Source: Candidatus Nomurabacteria bacterium (lineage in GTDB: Bacteria > Patescibacteriota > Minisyncoccia > Phycocordibacterales > UBA9973). Taken from it: a stretch of 64,000 nt of DNA. The stretch spans positions 4,829-68,828 of the forward strand of contig CALRAL010000001.1 of assembly GCA_943350875.1 (NCBI GenBank), in the 5' to 3' direction. This document shows positions 10,150 through 18,861 of this stretch, in pieces (position 1 is the first letter of the stretch; each line of letters begins with the position of its first letter). Under the pieces are notes generated by a model. That model saw only the letters and a list, made by a program, of their open reading frames with translations, had not been told where the DNA came from and did not search any database. Position numbers and translations under genes: made by a program.

Positions 10150-10959
10150 ATGCAATTAATAGACGGTAAAAAAATACAAAAAGATATTTTAGATGATATA
10201 AAAAAAGAAGTAGCTACTTTGACTTTTCAGCCTGTTTTTTGTGATGTTTTAGTAGGAGCAGATCCTGCTTCGATGCAATACGTCCGTATGAAAAACAAAA
10301 CTGCTGAAGACGTAGGGATGAAGACCAAAAATGCAATTTTTCCAGAAAATATTTCAACCAAAAATTTAATAAAAGAAATAAAAAAGTTAAACGAGATTGA
10401 AAACATGTGTGGTATTATCGTGCAACTTCCTTTACCAAAACACATAGACACACACGCTGTTTTAAATAATATAGAAAAGAAATTAGATGTAGATACACCT
10501 TCACCAGCAGCACTTGCTTGTATGATGGTTCTTGATTCTTTGAAAATAAATTTAGTTGATAAAAAGATAGTGGTGTTAGGCCAAGGTGAATTAGTAGGCA
10601 AACCTGTTGCAGAATTATTAAAGTCTCGTGAATTAGATTTTGAAATTATAAATAGTAAAACAGAAGAAAAAGAAAAATTAAATTTATTAAAAAATGCTGA
10701 TATTATTATTTCTGGTATGGGTAAAGGTAAATATATAACTAGTGATATGATTAAGGATGGAGTAGTATTGATAGATGCTGGTACTTCTGAATCGACTGGA
10801 GGAATGGTGGGGGATGTAGATTTAGAATCAGTCAAAGACAAAGCCTCTTTTGTGTCTCCTGTGCCTGGGGGTGTAGGCCCTGTGACTGTAGCTATGCTTT
10901 TGAAGAATGTTTTACAAGTAGCAAAGTCCCTCACCCCAACTTATTCACCTCACCCCTAA
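10150..10959 (+). CDS. folD: Bifunctional methylenetetrahydrofolate dehydrogenase / methenyl-THF cyclohydrolase
   Basis: MQLIDGKKIQ...GIIVQLPLP...VLGQGELVGKPVAELL...PVPGGVGPVTVAMLL, which is FolD-like; start set at the ATG at 10150. Confidence 0.75.
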   Translation: MQLIDGKKIQKDILDDIKKEVATLTFQPVFCDVLVGADPASMQYVRMKNKTAEDVGMKTKNAIFPENISTKNLIKEIKKLNEIENMCGIIVQLPLPKHIDTHAVLNNIEKKLDVDTPSPAALACMMVLDSLKINLVDKKIVVLGQGELVGKPVAELLKSRELDFEIINSKTEEKEKLNLLKNADIIISGMGKGKYITSDMIKDGVVLIDAGTSESTGGMVGDVDLESVKDKASFVSPVPGGVGPVTVAMLLKNVLQVAKSLTPTYSPHP

Positions 10960-10990
10960 CCCCTCTCCTTATAAAGGAGAGGGGAAGATG
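10928..10990. repeat. GC-rich palindromic element, copy B (core CCCCTCTCCTTATAAAGGAGAGGGG, with CCTCACCCC flank repeats)
   Basis: Overlaps the last codons of folD; same family as 10092 and 11761. Confidence 0.7.
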
Positions 10991-11026
10991 TCGCTATTTT
11001 TCAGAATAAATTAATGAGTTAGTACT

Positions 11027-11410
11027 ATGAGTCAAAATATAAAATATACAGCTTTATTTGTTAAAGATATCGAGGATTTACTAAAAAGATTTCCACCTAA
11101 ACATCAAAAAATCTTTGGTCATCATTCAACAATTGAATTTGAGCCAGAAAATTTAAATGGAATTGAAACAGGCAAAGAATATTCTATAAAAATTATTGGA
11201 CGTGCCCATGATGAATTTGGAGATGATTTACTTGTTGAAAATTTAAAATCAAAAAATAAATATCCTCATATAACTTTATCTCGTGCAGAAAATGCACCGC
11301 CTTTATATTCAAAGATATTATTTGAAAAAGCCATAGCTTCTAATAATATTAAATATTTTAATAATGAAAAAGTTGAGGTCGTTGAAGGTTATGGAATAGG
11401 TGAAAAATAA
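11027..11410 (+). CDS. Putative 2H-phosphoesterase-like protein (two HxT/S motifs)
   Basis: GHHSTIEF and PHITLSR resemble the paired H-x-T/S-x motifs of LigT / cyclic phosphodiesterases; 127 aa. Weak. Confidence 0.35.
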   Translation: MSQNIKYTALFVKDIEDLLKRFPPKHQKIFGHHSTIEFEPENLNGIETGKEYSIKIIGRAHDEFGDDLLVENLKSKNKYPHITLSRAENAPPLYSKILFEKAIASNNIKYFNNEKVEVVEGYGIGEK

Positions 11411-11419
11411 AATCATTTT

Positions 11420-11818
11420 ATGACTCTTTTAAAAAACAAATCCAAGTTACTTCCAAGACGTAGAGAATTAAGAAAAAACCAGACTAAACAAGAAGAAATT
11501 TTATGGGAAAAGATAAGAAATCGGAAACTTGGAATTAAATTTAAAAGGCAGTATAGTATAGGTGGTTATGTTTTAGATTTTTATTCTCCAGAATGTAAAT
11601 TAGTTATAGAATTAGATGGTAACCAGCATTTAGCAAAAGAGAATGCTTTGTATGATAGATACAGGACAGAATATTTGGAAATTTTAGGTTGTGAAGTTTT
11701 AAGGATTAAAAATAGTGAATTAGATAAAAATTTGGAAAAAGTTTTATTACAAATTAAGAAGTTTACCCCTCTCCTTGATAAGGAGAGGGGAAGGGGTGAG
11801 GTGAATATGAATTTATGA
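11420..11818 (+). CDS. DUF559 / Vsr-like endonuclease domain protein
   Basis: LRKNQTKQEEILWEKIRNRKLGIKFKRQYSIGGYVLDFY...LVIELDGNQH...EILGCEVLRIKNSEL matches the DUF559 consensus. Confidence 0.65.
   Translation: MTLLKNKSKLLPRRRELRKNQTKQEEILWEKIRNRKLGIKFKRQYSIGGYVLDFYSPECKLVIELDGNQHLAKENALYDRYRTEYLEILGCEVLRIKNSELDKNLEKVLLQIKKFTPLLDKERGRGEVNMNL
11761..11806. repeat. GC-rich palindromic element, copy C
   Basis: Core identical to copy A, followed by GGGGTGAGGTGA; overlaps the 3' end of the DUF559 gene and abuts the PAP2 start. Confidence 0.7.
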
Positions 11819-12348
11819 ATGACACAGTCTTTTTCTTTTTTTATAATTTAGCCCATCAGTCTATTTTTCTAGATAAAATGATTGTTTTTCTGGCTGACAC
11901 TTTTCCGTATATAGTTGCTGTAGGTGCTGGCATTTTTTTGTTCTACAAACATTTTAAAATAAAAGAATTTATCTTTGTTTTTCTATCTTCTTTTTTTGCT
12001 TATGCCATAGCATCTATTTTGAAAATTTTAATTCATACTCCACGTCCATTTCTAGTATTTTCAGATGTACAAAGTTTATTTATTGAGAATAGTTTTGCTT
12101 TTCCTTCTGGACATGCGGCATTTTTCTCTTGCTTAGCCATGACTATATTTTTTATAAATAAAAAAGTGGGCTATTATTTTATGTTTTTTGCTTTCCTAAT
12201 AGGAATTACTCGTATTGCTTCTGGTGTGCATTTTCCAGTTGATATTTTAGGCGGTTTTGCCATAGGTATTGCTATTTCTTTTGTATTTAAGTATATCTTT
12301 GAAAAACCCTTATTTTTTGGCATTTTTACGGAAAATTTGACAAAATAA
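11815..12348 (+). CDS. PAP2-family phosphatase (undecaprenyl-diphosphatase-like)
   Basis: PAP2 motifs KILIHTPRPF, PSGHAAFF and SGVHFPVDILGG; multi-TM. Confidence 0.7.
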   Translation: MNDTVFFFFYNLAHQSIFLDKMIVFLADTFPYIVAVGAGIFLFYKHFKIKEFIFVFLSSFFAYAIASILKILIHTPRPFLVFSDVQSLFIENSFAFPSGHAAFFSCLAMTIFFINKKVGYYFMFFAFLIGITRIASGVHFPVDILGGFAIGIAISFVFKYIFEKPLFFGIFTENLTK

Positions 12349-12441
12349 TCAAACGGGTGTATAATGTACTTGAATATGGTTACCTCCCTATGTTCGCTTT
12401 TTTTATGGAGGAATTTGAAAACACAATAAACAGATACGAAA

Positions 12442-13212
12442 ATGACTCAAAAAACTGATAAAAATAGTAATGTTCGTACTTGGAATTCAGATATGAGAGA
12501 TGAAATAGTATCATCTTTTGTAAAAAATTTACCGAGTTTGAACGAAAATGTTTCTTTTGATTTGACGGATAAATATATAAAAAAACCGTTAACATTTAAA
12601 AGAAAAATACGGGAAATATTTTTCCCAAGTGAAAATGGATTGACAAAAAGAGTAGAGGGAATTTATCCCGAATCTCTGCTTGAATTTCATGAAGGATGGG
12701 TGGATTTTTATAAAAATTTTGGAGAAACTATTGATCTTGCAAATTTTCCTTTGCCCAAGAATTTAATTCTTGAAGAAGGGAAAGAGTATTGGTCAATCGT
12801 GGTGCCAGATAGTATGAATCCGCAAAAAGCTTTTGAGCTACGGAAGCAGATTACTATAGTTTATGAAAATACATCAGTTGCAAGAATAATTGATGTGTTT
12901 CCAAGAATGAAAGTTTCTGTAATTCGTGCAGAGCAAAATGCAAAAGTTTTACACCCACACATTTCGCTTAATCACAGCATGAAACTTGGATTATGTGGCA
13001 CAACATTTACTGAAGGTTGTATTATTGATGGGAGAATTTTCAAAGATAATGGCATGCATTTAGATGTTGATGGTTGGACGCTTCATTGTGGTTCTCGTAA
13101 CGAGCATGGCGATGCCGTGAGCTCGGACTGGTGCGCCGGCAGGTTTCTGGTGAGTTGGAGCAATCCGGATAATGCCGGTCCGAACTTGTCTATCCGTCAG
13201 AAGCAGTTTTAA
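12442..13212 (+). CDS. DGR target (variable) protein; C-terminal FGE/C-type-lectin-like variable region
   Basis: The C-terminal 38 codons form the VR (13089-13203), matching the TR except at TR adenines. The C-terminus HCGSRNEHGDAVSSDWCAGRFLVSWSNPDNAGPNLSIRQ resembles DGR variable-protein ends. Confidence 0.85.
   Translation: MTQKTDKNSNVRTWNSDMRDEIVSSFVKNLPSLNENVSFDLTDKYIKKPLTFKRKIREIFFPSENGLTKRVEGIYPESLLEFHEGWVDFYKNFGETIDLANFPLPKNLILEEGKEYWSIVVPDSMNPQKAFELRKQITIVYENTSVARIIDVFPRMKVSVIRAEQNAKVLHPHISLNHSMKLGLCGTTFTEGCIIDGRIFKDNGMHLDVDGWTLHCGSRNEHGDAVSSDWCAGRFLVSWSNPDNAGPNLSIRQKQF
13089..13203 (+). repeat. DGR variable repeat (VR), 115 nt
   Basis: Aligns base-for-base with 13480-13594. All ~16 mismatches fall where the TR has A (A to C/G/T). 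The 3' 24 nt are identical (IMH-like). Confidence 0.9.
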
Positions 13213-13237
13213 ACTTTTTGTTTTTAACTTTTATCCT

Positions 13238-13270
13238 AATCACGTTAGCTTTCCAAAGCTAACGTGATTT
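13238..13270 (+). terminator. Perfect 15-bp stem hairpin (loop CCA) followed by a T-rich tract, downstream of the VR
   Basis: AATCACGTTAGCTTT-CCA-AAAGCTAACGTGATT then TATTTTTGTG. Read as a terminator for the target gene; it may also be the DGR-associated hairpin. Confidence 0.6.
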
Positions 13271-13479
13271 ATTTTTGTGTTATAATAGATTTGGCTGATA
13301 AACTGATTTTAATTAAATTAAAATAACAGTTTGCCATATTTAGAAACTGCTTGCTTGAAATTTGAGCATAGATAATTCAGATAAATTAAGATGCTACACA
13401 TTGCTCTATAATGTAGAGAATAATACAGGTTGTTGAGTAATCGATAATCGGTGAATATAGATTTATTCCAAGCATAGTA

Positions 13480-13594
13480 TGGTTCTCGTAACGAGAATGG
13501 CAATGCCGTGAACTCGAACTGGAACGACGACAAGTTTCAAGTGAATTGGAACAATCCGAATAATGCCAATCCGAACTTGTCTATCCGTCAGAAG
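13480..13594 (+). repeat. DGR template repeat (TR), 115 nt
   Basis: Adenine-rich invariant copy of the VR (it would encode the Asn-rich peptide GSRNENGNAVNSNWNDDKFQVNWNNPNNANPNLSIRQ); lies between the target and avd/RT. Confidence 0.9.
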
Positions 13595-13610
13595 TTTCTC
13601 ATTTAATCCG

Positions 13611-13997
13611 CTACAAACTTAATTGTGGCGGATTTTGTGTTTGAGCGTATTTGAGCCAGCCGTTGGTCATTTTAGAAATTTCCTGTAATTTTAGCTCTAT
13701 ATTCAGATACACTTTTTCGGTGATTATTTTTAATTCAAATTCTATTCTAAATAACTGTTTTAATGTTTCTATTTGAATTCTTGCTTTTTTCAGTGAAATC
13801 ACTTTTTCATATTTTGCTTCCAGTGAAGCGCTAATCAAAAGTGAGAAACTTTTTAAAAATTCTTTTTCAATATAGCTATGGATTCCCAATTTATCTCGTT
13901 TTGGCAATTTGTTGCCAATTAAATACACATAGGCGTATAATTTCCCCATCTTATGCACAACAGGGATGTCAAAATTGCGTTGGGGGGGGGGTTCCAT
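13611..13997 (-). CDS. avd: Accessory variability determinant (Avd) / four-helix-bundle protein
   Basis: 128 aa; NFDIPVVHKMGKLYAYVYLIGNKLPKRDKLGIHSYIEKEFLKSFSLLISASLEA parallels the Avd/TIGR02436 consensus (F.DL.VWQKA..L...IY.LTK.FPK.E.FGL.SQ.RRAA.SI.SNIAEG). The N-terminal codons include the C10 run. Confidence 0.7.
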   Translation of the reverse strand: MEPPPQRNFDIPVVHKMGKLYAYVYLIGNKLPKRDKLGIHSYIEKEFLKSFSLLISASLEAKYEKVISLKKARIQIETLKQLFRIEFELKIITEKVYLNIELKLQEISKMTNGWLKYAQTQNPPQLSL

Positions 13998-15030
13998 TCA
14001 AAGTCTTTTTCATAATATAGTTAGTCTATCAAATTTACTGAAAGCTTGGAAGGAATTTAAAAAATGCAAAAATTCTAAAACGGATATTGCCGAATTTGAG
14101 TTTAATTTGGAAAATAATTTATTTTCTTTGTATCAGGATTTAATAAACAAAACTTACAAACCAGATCCATACCAAGCATTTTATGTGTATGATCCAAAAA
14201 AGCGACATATTCATAAAGCTGTAGTTCGGGATAGAGTTTTACATCAAGCTATCTTCAGAATTTTATATCATATTTTTGATAAGCATTTTATTTTTGATTC
14301 ATATTCTTCAAGATTAAACAAGGGAACACATAAAGCTTCGAAAAGACTTTTTAGAGCTTTAAGAAAAGAGAGCAAAAACTGGCACACGCCAGTTTTTGCT
14401 CTTAAATGCGATATTAGAAAATTCTTTGATTCTATAAATCATGATATTTTATTTTCTCTAATCAAAAAGAAAATTACAGATTCAGAAACTCTCATACTTT
14501 TAGATCAGATTTTAAAAAGTTTTGGAAAAAGTCCAAATACTGGACTGCCATTGGGCAATGTGACGAGTCAGCTTTTTGCTAATATTTATCTCAATGAGTT
14601 TGACCAATTTATGAAACACAAATTAAAAGTTAGATATTATTTTAGATATGCGGATGACTTTGTGATAATAGATAGAAATAAAGAATCTTTAGAAAATTAT
14701 CTTTCAAATATTAAATTATTTTTAGCAGAAAATCTAAAATTAGAATTGCACCCCGGTAAAGTATTTATACGAAAATTAAGACAGGGAATTGATTTTGTGG
14801 GTTATGTGATTTTACCAAATGTTGCAGTTTTAAGAACTAAAACAAAAAACAGGATTTTTAAAAAGCTAAAAAATGCTAAAAGCAAATTATTAGAAGGAAA
14901 AATAAGCCAAGAAAATTTTGAACAAATTAAAGCATCTTATATGGGTGTTTTGAAGCATTGTAAAAATAAAGAGATTAAGAGGAAAATAAAATTTGCATAT
15001 TTACTAGAAAACATATACCCGTACACTTAA
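13966..15030 (+). CDS. DGR reverse transcriptase
   Basis: RT motifs: CDIRKFFDSINHDIL, GLPLGNVTSQLFANIYLNEFD (the DGR-typical SQ/FANIYL block), YFRYADDFVII (YxDD), LHPGKV. It directly follows the TR. The G10 tract lies in codons 6-9. Confidence 0.85.
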   Translation: MSKLRWGGGSIQSLFHNIVSLSNLLKAWKEFKKCKNSKTDIAEFEFNLENNLFSLYQDLINKTYKPDPYQAFYVYDPKKRHIHKAVVRDRVLHQAIFRILYHIFDKHFIFDSYSSRLNKGTHKASKRLFRALRKESKNWHTPVFALKCDIRKFFDSINHDILFSLIKKKITDSETLILLDQILKSFGKSPNTGLPLGNVTSQLFANIYLNEFDQFMKHKLKVRYYFRYADDFVIIDRNKESLENYLSNIKLFLAENLKLELHPGKVFIRKLRQGIDFVGYVILPNVAVLRTKTKNRIFKKLKNAKSKLLEGKISQENFEQIKASYMGVLKHCKNKEIKRKIKFAYLLENIYPYT

Positions 15031-15074
15031 TTTTGACTTTTTAAGTGTTCGGGTATAGAATACAGTATCTTTAT

Positions 15075-16436
15075 ATGATTAAAAAGATTATTTTATCGGT
15101 AATATTGCTTGGTTTAGGAGCTACTTTTGCCTTTTTTGTCTATAAATCAGAACCTAAATTAAACCATAATTTTCAAGCTGAAAGTTCGTTTTTTAAGAAT
15201 CATCCTTTTCGTTTGGGGTTAGATCTTTCTGGCGGAAGTCATCTAGTATATAAAGCAGATGTTTCTGCTATAAAGGCTAGTGATGTTTCCGGTTCTATGG
15301 ATGCTCTTCGGGATGTGATAGAAAGGAGAGTAAACTTGTTTGGAGTTTCTGAACCAGTTGTACAAGTGCAAGGTGGCGGGTTTATTTCTGGAGGAGAAAA
15401 CAAACTCATCATCGATCTTCCAGGAGTAACAGATGTTGAAAAAGCGACCACGATGATAGGCCAGACTCCACTTCTAGAATTCAAAACCGAAGCTCCAAAG
15501 GGTACACCTCAGACTGCGACAGTCGGCAAAGACGGTAAAGTCAATATTGATGTTGGTTCGCAATTTATTGCTACCGATTTAACTGGCAGATATTTAAAGA
15601 AGGCCGTTTTGCAATTCGATCAGAACACTAGAGAACCAAAAGTCTCTCTTCAGTTTGATGACACAGGTACAAAACTTTTTGCACAGATTACAAAAGCAAA
15701 TGTTGGTAAGATGGTAGCCATATATCTAGATGGTGCCCCTATCTCTACCCCTGTAGTGCGAGAAGAGATAACAGGTGGGCAAGCAGTGATTTCTGGTAGT
15801 TTTAACCCTACAGAAGCAAGGACCCTTGTAGGTAGGTTGAATTCTGGTGCATTGCCTGTACCTATCAGTTTACTTTCAAAACAAACTATTGGTGCGACAT
15901 TGGGAGATACTGCTACAAATGCTGGAGTGAAAGCCACAATTATTGGATTTTTGTTAGTAGCCTTTTTCCTTGTTATCTGGTACAGACTTCCAGGGCTAAT
16001 AGCAGTTATCTCACTTTGTATTTTTATTTCAATAATTTTGACTCTTTTCAAAATGATGCCTGTTACTCTCACTGCTGCTGGTATCGCTGGATTTATCATT
16101 TCTATTGGTATTGCTGTCGATGCAAATGTTCTTATCTTTGAACGTGTAAAAGAAGAGTTGCGTTTAGGTAAAACTATTCATGATGCTGTTTCGGCTGGAT
16201 TCTCCCGTGCTTGGTCTTCAATTCGTGATTCTAATATTTCCAGTATTATTACTGCTGTTATTTTGTTCTGGTTTGGTACATCTTTAATTAAAGGTTTTGC
16301 CCTTACTCTCGGTATGGGAGTCTTAGTGTCGATGTTTTCAGCCATCACTGTCACCAAGATTTTCCTTTCAACACTTAACTTCATCGGAGAAAACAAGGTC
16401 GCTAGATTTTTATTCAGTTCAGGAATTTCAAAATAA
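15075..16436 (+). CDS. secD: Protein translocase subunit SecD
   Basis: LGLDLSGGSHLVY..., periplasmic domain, C-terminal 6-TM with GIAVDANVLIFERVKEE; start set at MIKKIILSVILL. Confidence 0.8.
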   Translation: MIKKIILSVILLGLGATFAFFVYKSEPKLNHNFQAESSFFKNHPFRLGLDLSGGSHLVYKADVSAIKASDVSGSMDALRDVIERRVNLFGVSEPVVQVQGGGFISGGENKLIIDLPGVTDVEKATTMIGQTPLLEFKTEAPKGTPQTATVGKDGKVNIDVGSQFIATDLTGRYLKKAVLQFDQNTREPKVSLQFDDTGTKLFAQITKANVGKMVAIYLDGAPISTPVVREEITGGQAVISGSFNPTEARTLVGRLNSGALPVPISLLSKQTIGATLGDTATNAGVKATIIGFLLVAFFLVIWYRLPGLIAVISLCIFISIILTLFKMMPVTLTAAGIAGFIISIGIAVDANVLIFERVKEELRLGKTIHDAVSAGFSRAWSSIRDSNISSIITAVILFWFGTSLIKGFALTLGMGVLVSMFSAITVTKIFLSTLNFIGENKVARFLFSSGISK

Positions 16437-16453
16437 CTTTATAACTATTCAAC

Positions 16454-17362
16454 ATGTTTATAATAAAACACAAAAAAATATTTATCGGTATATCTACAGC
16501 CTTAGTAGTCTTTTCTATTGCTTTCTTATTATTTTGGGGTTTAAAAACTGGGATAGATTTTAAAGGGGGAGCAATAGTGGAAGTTTTATACAAAGACAGT
16601 CGTCCCGATCAAGTAGCCCTCGGTAAGGATATTGAGGCTTTGAATCTTGGCTCAGTGCTTATCCAGCCGACAGGGGATCTAGGTTATATTATAAAATCTC
16701 GTGAACTTTCAGATACAGAACATTCTGCACTTCTAAAAATATTATCTGCAAATGGCAAGAACAAATTTGAAGAAACAGGTTTTAATTCGATTGGTCCTTC
16801 TGTCGGCCACGAACTTACCAGAAAGGCAATTATTGCTATTATTCTAGTTTCTCTCGGTATCATTTGTTTTATTGCTTTCGCTTTTCGTAAAGTTTCAAAA
16901 CCAGTTTCATCTTGGAGATATGGTTTTATCGCAATTATCACACTTCTTCACGATGTAGCCATTCCTGTCGGTTTATTTGTGATGTTGTCTCATTATTATG
17001 GGGCAGAACTGGACACACTTTTCGTAGTAGCAGTATTGACAGTACTAGGCCTCTCTGTTTCAGATACCATCGTCATCTTTGATAGAATTCGTGAGAATTT
17101 GAGGAATCAAGTGAATATTTCCAAAGTCAATTTTAGTGAAGTAGTGGGGAAAAGTCTCGAGCAATCTTATGTCCGTTCTATCTGTACTTCTTTGACTGTC
17201 ATTTTGGTTCTTTTATCCTTATTCTTCTTTGGCCCAGTTTCTACTAAATATTTTGCCTTGATGCTCGTTTCAGGGATGTTCTTTGGAACATATTCCTCAA
17301 TATTCCTTGCATCTCCACTCCTCGTTCTTATCGAAGAATGGCAACAAAACAAAAAGAAATAA
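16454..17362 (+). CDS. secF: Protein translocase subunit SecF
   Basis: Adjacent to secD; GLDFKGGAIVEV... and TM-rich C-terminus DTIVIFDRIRENL. Confidence 0.75.
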   Translation: MFIIKHKKIFIGISTALVVFSIAFLLFWGLKTGIDFKGGAIVEVLYKDSRPDQVALGKDIEALNLGSVLIQPTGDLGYIIKSRELSDTEHSALLKILSANGKNKFEETGFNSIGPSVGHELTRKAIIAIILVSLGIICFIAFAFRKVSKPVSSWRYGFIAIITLLHDVAIPVGLFVMLSHYYGAELDTLFVVAVLTVLGLSVSDTIVIFDRIRENLRNQVNISKVNFSEVVGKSLEQSYVRSICTSLTVILVLLSLFFFGPVSTKYFALMLVSGMFFGTYSSIFLASPLLVLIEEWQQNKKK

Positions 17363-17384
17363 TTTTGTGCTATAATACAGCTAT

Positions 17385-17966
17385 ATGGAAACAAATTTTT
17401 GGCAGAAGAATAAAAAAATTATCATTATTTTAGCAATAATAGTTGTTTTGGTACTTTGGGTTGTCGGTAAATATAATTTCTTTGTAAAACAAAATGAAGC
17501 TACAACTTCACAATGGGCGCAGGTAGAGAATCAATTACAAAGGCGTTTTGATTTGATTCCCAATGTCATCAATACTGTCAAAGGGATAACCAAACAAGAA
17601 AAAGATGTTTTTGGAGCTCTTGCAGAAGCTCGCACACGTTATGCAGGTTCTACCTCGGTAGATGAAAAAGCTAAATATGCGAGTCAAGTAGAATCTTCCC
17701 TTGGCAGACTTTTGGTGATTGCAGAGAATTATCCTCAATTGAAATCTTCAGAATCTTTTCGTGATTTGACGGTAACTCTTGAAGGCACAGAAAACAGGAT
17801 TTCAGTCGAGAGAATGAATTACAATAATCTGGTAAAGAATTTAAATGCTAATATAAAAACTTTCCCTAGTTCTATAATCGCTTCTATTTTTGGAGTGAAA
17901 GAACATTCTTATTTTGAAGTAAAAGATGAAGCAAAAGAAGTGCCAAAAGTTGACTTTACTCAATAA
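17385..17966 (+). CDS. lemA: LemA family protein
   Basis: N-terminal TM, then QLQRRFDLIPNVINTVKG...LLVIAENYPQLKSSESFRDL...VERMNYNNLVKNLN. Confidence 0.7.
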   Translation: METNFWQKNKKIIIILAIIVVLVLWVVGKYNFFVKQNEATTSQWAQVENQLQRRFDLIPNVINTVKGITKQEKDVFGALAEARTRYAGSTSVDEKAKYASQVESSLGRLLVIAENYPQLKSSESFRDLTVTLEGTENRISVERMNYNNLVKNLNANIKTFPSSIIASIFGVKEHSYFEVKDEAKEVPKVDFTQ

Positions 17967-17975
17967 TATAAAAAA

Positions 17976-18713
17976 ATGAAGAAATATTTTCTTCTTTTCC
18001 TAATCTTTACATTATTTACGCTATTTACTATTGCAAATGTAAGTATGGCTTTTGATATATCGAGTAGGCCTAAGAATTTTGTAAATGATTATGCGGGGAT
18101 TTTGTCGGGAGATAATATAAATTCTCTTGAAGAAAAAATTTCAAATTTTGAAAAACAGACTACTGATGAAATAGCTGTAGTGATAATCCCATCTCTAGAT
18201 GGAGATGTAGTTGAGAATATAGCACAAGACATTTTTACCAAGTGGGGGATTGGCAAGAAAGATAAAAACAATGGAGTTCTGCTCCTTGTGGCTATGGCTG
18301 AACACAAAACTCGGATTCAGACCGGGTATGGAGTAGAGGGGGATTTGACTGATCTTGCTACGTCATATATCCAAAGTGAAATTATCACTCCAGCGTTTCG
18401 TCAGGATAATTATTTTGGAGGCATAAATAATGGAGTAGATAAAATAATAGAAACTCTTAATGGTGGCAATGTTGTGCCAGAGGGATATAAAGTAAATAAA
18501 AAATCTAATATAAATATTGGGAATATTTTATTTTTTGCTTTTTTGATTTTACAAATTTTTCTTATTATTAGAAGGTCAAAAAACAAGAATAGAAGGCCTC
18601 CATGGTGGTTCTTTGGAGGTTTTGGCGGGGGATCGGGCGGTGCTGGAAGTGGAGGATTTGGAGGTTTTGGCGGTGGTTCTTCTGGGGGAGGGGGTTCCTC
18701 GGGGTCTTGGTAG
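17976..18713 (+). CDS. TPM-domain (TLP18.3/Psb32-like) protein with a Gly-rich C-terminal tail
   Basis: Signal peptide, TPM core (DYAGILSGDNINSLEEKISNFEKQTTDEIAVVII...GVEGDLTDL), C-terminal TM and GGFGGGSGGAG repeats; the usual LemA-TPM pairing. Confidence 0.6.
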   Translation: MKKYFLLFLIFTLFTLFTIANVSMAFDISSRPKNFVNDYAGILSGDNINSLEEKISNFEKQTTDEIAVVIIPSLDGDVVENIAQDIFTKWGIGKKDKNNGVLLLVAMAEHKTRIQTGYGVEGDLTDLATSYIQSEIITPAFRQDNYFGGINNGVDKIIETLNGGNVVPEGYKVNKKSNINIGNILFFAFLILQIFLIIRRSKNKNRRPPWWFFGGFGGGSGGAGSGGFGGFGGGSSGGGGSSGSW

Positions 18714-18716
18714 TGT

Positions 18717-18822
18717 AAAGTCGCAGAAATAGCTTTTTCTAGGGTACGGATTTTTTGAAGCTTAAAAAATCCTGAAGTTTTCGCTCCGTCGAGCTCAAAA
18801 CCCCCTAAAAAAGCTATTTCTG
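18717..18822. other. Long inverted repeat: 19-bp perfect arms (GTCGCAGAAATAGCTTTTT / AAAAAGCTATTTCTGCGAC) around a ~65-nt spacer
   Basis: Seen directly; lies between the TPM gene and gatC. Confidence 0.6.
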
Positions 18823-18861
18823 CGACTTTTATTTTTAGCCCAATTTTGTTATACTGTTTTT

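Noticed and set aside
10227-10934. 235-aa minus-strand ORF antisense to folD
   Set aside because: It lies entirely within a gene with strong FolD motifs on the plus strand. Its composition is Ser/Thr/Ile/Phe-rich with low complexity, typical of a shadow ORF.
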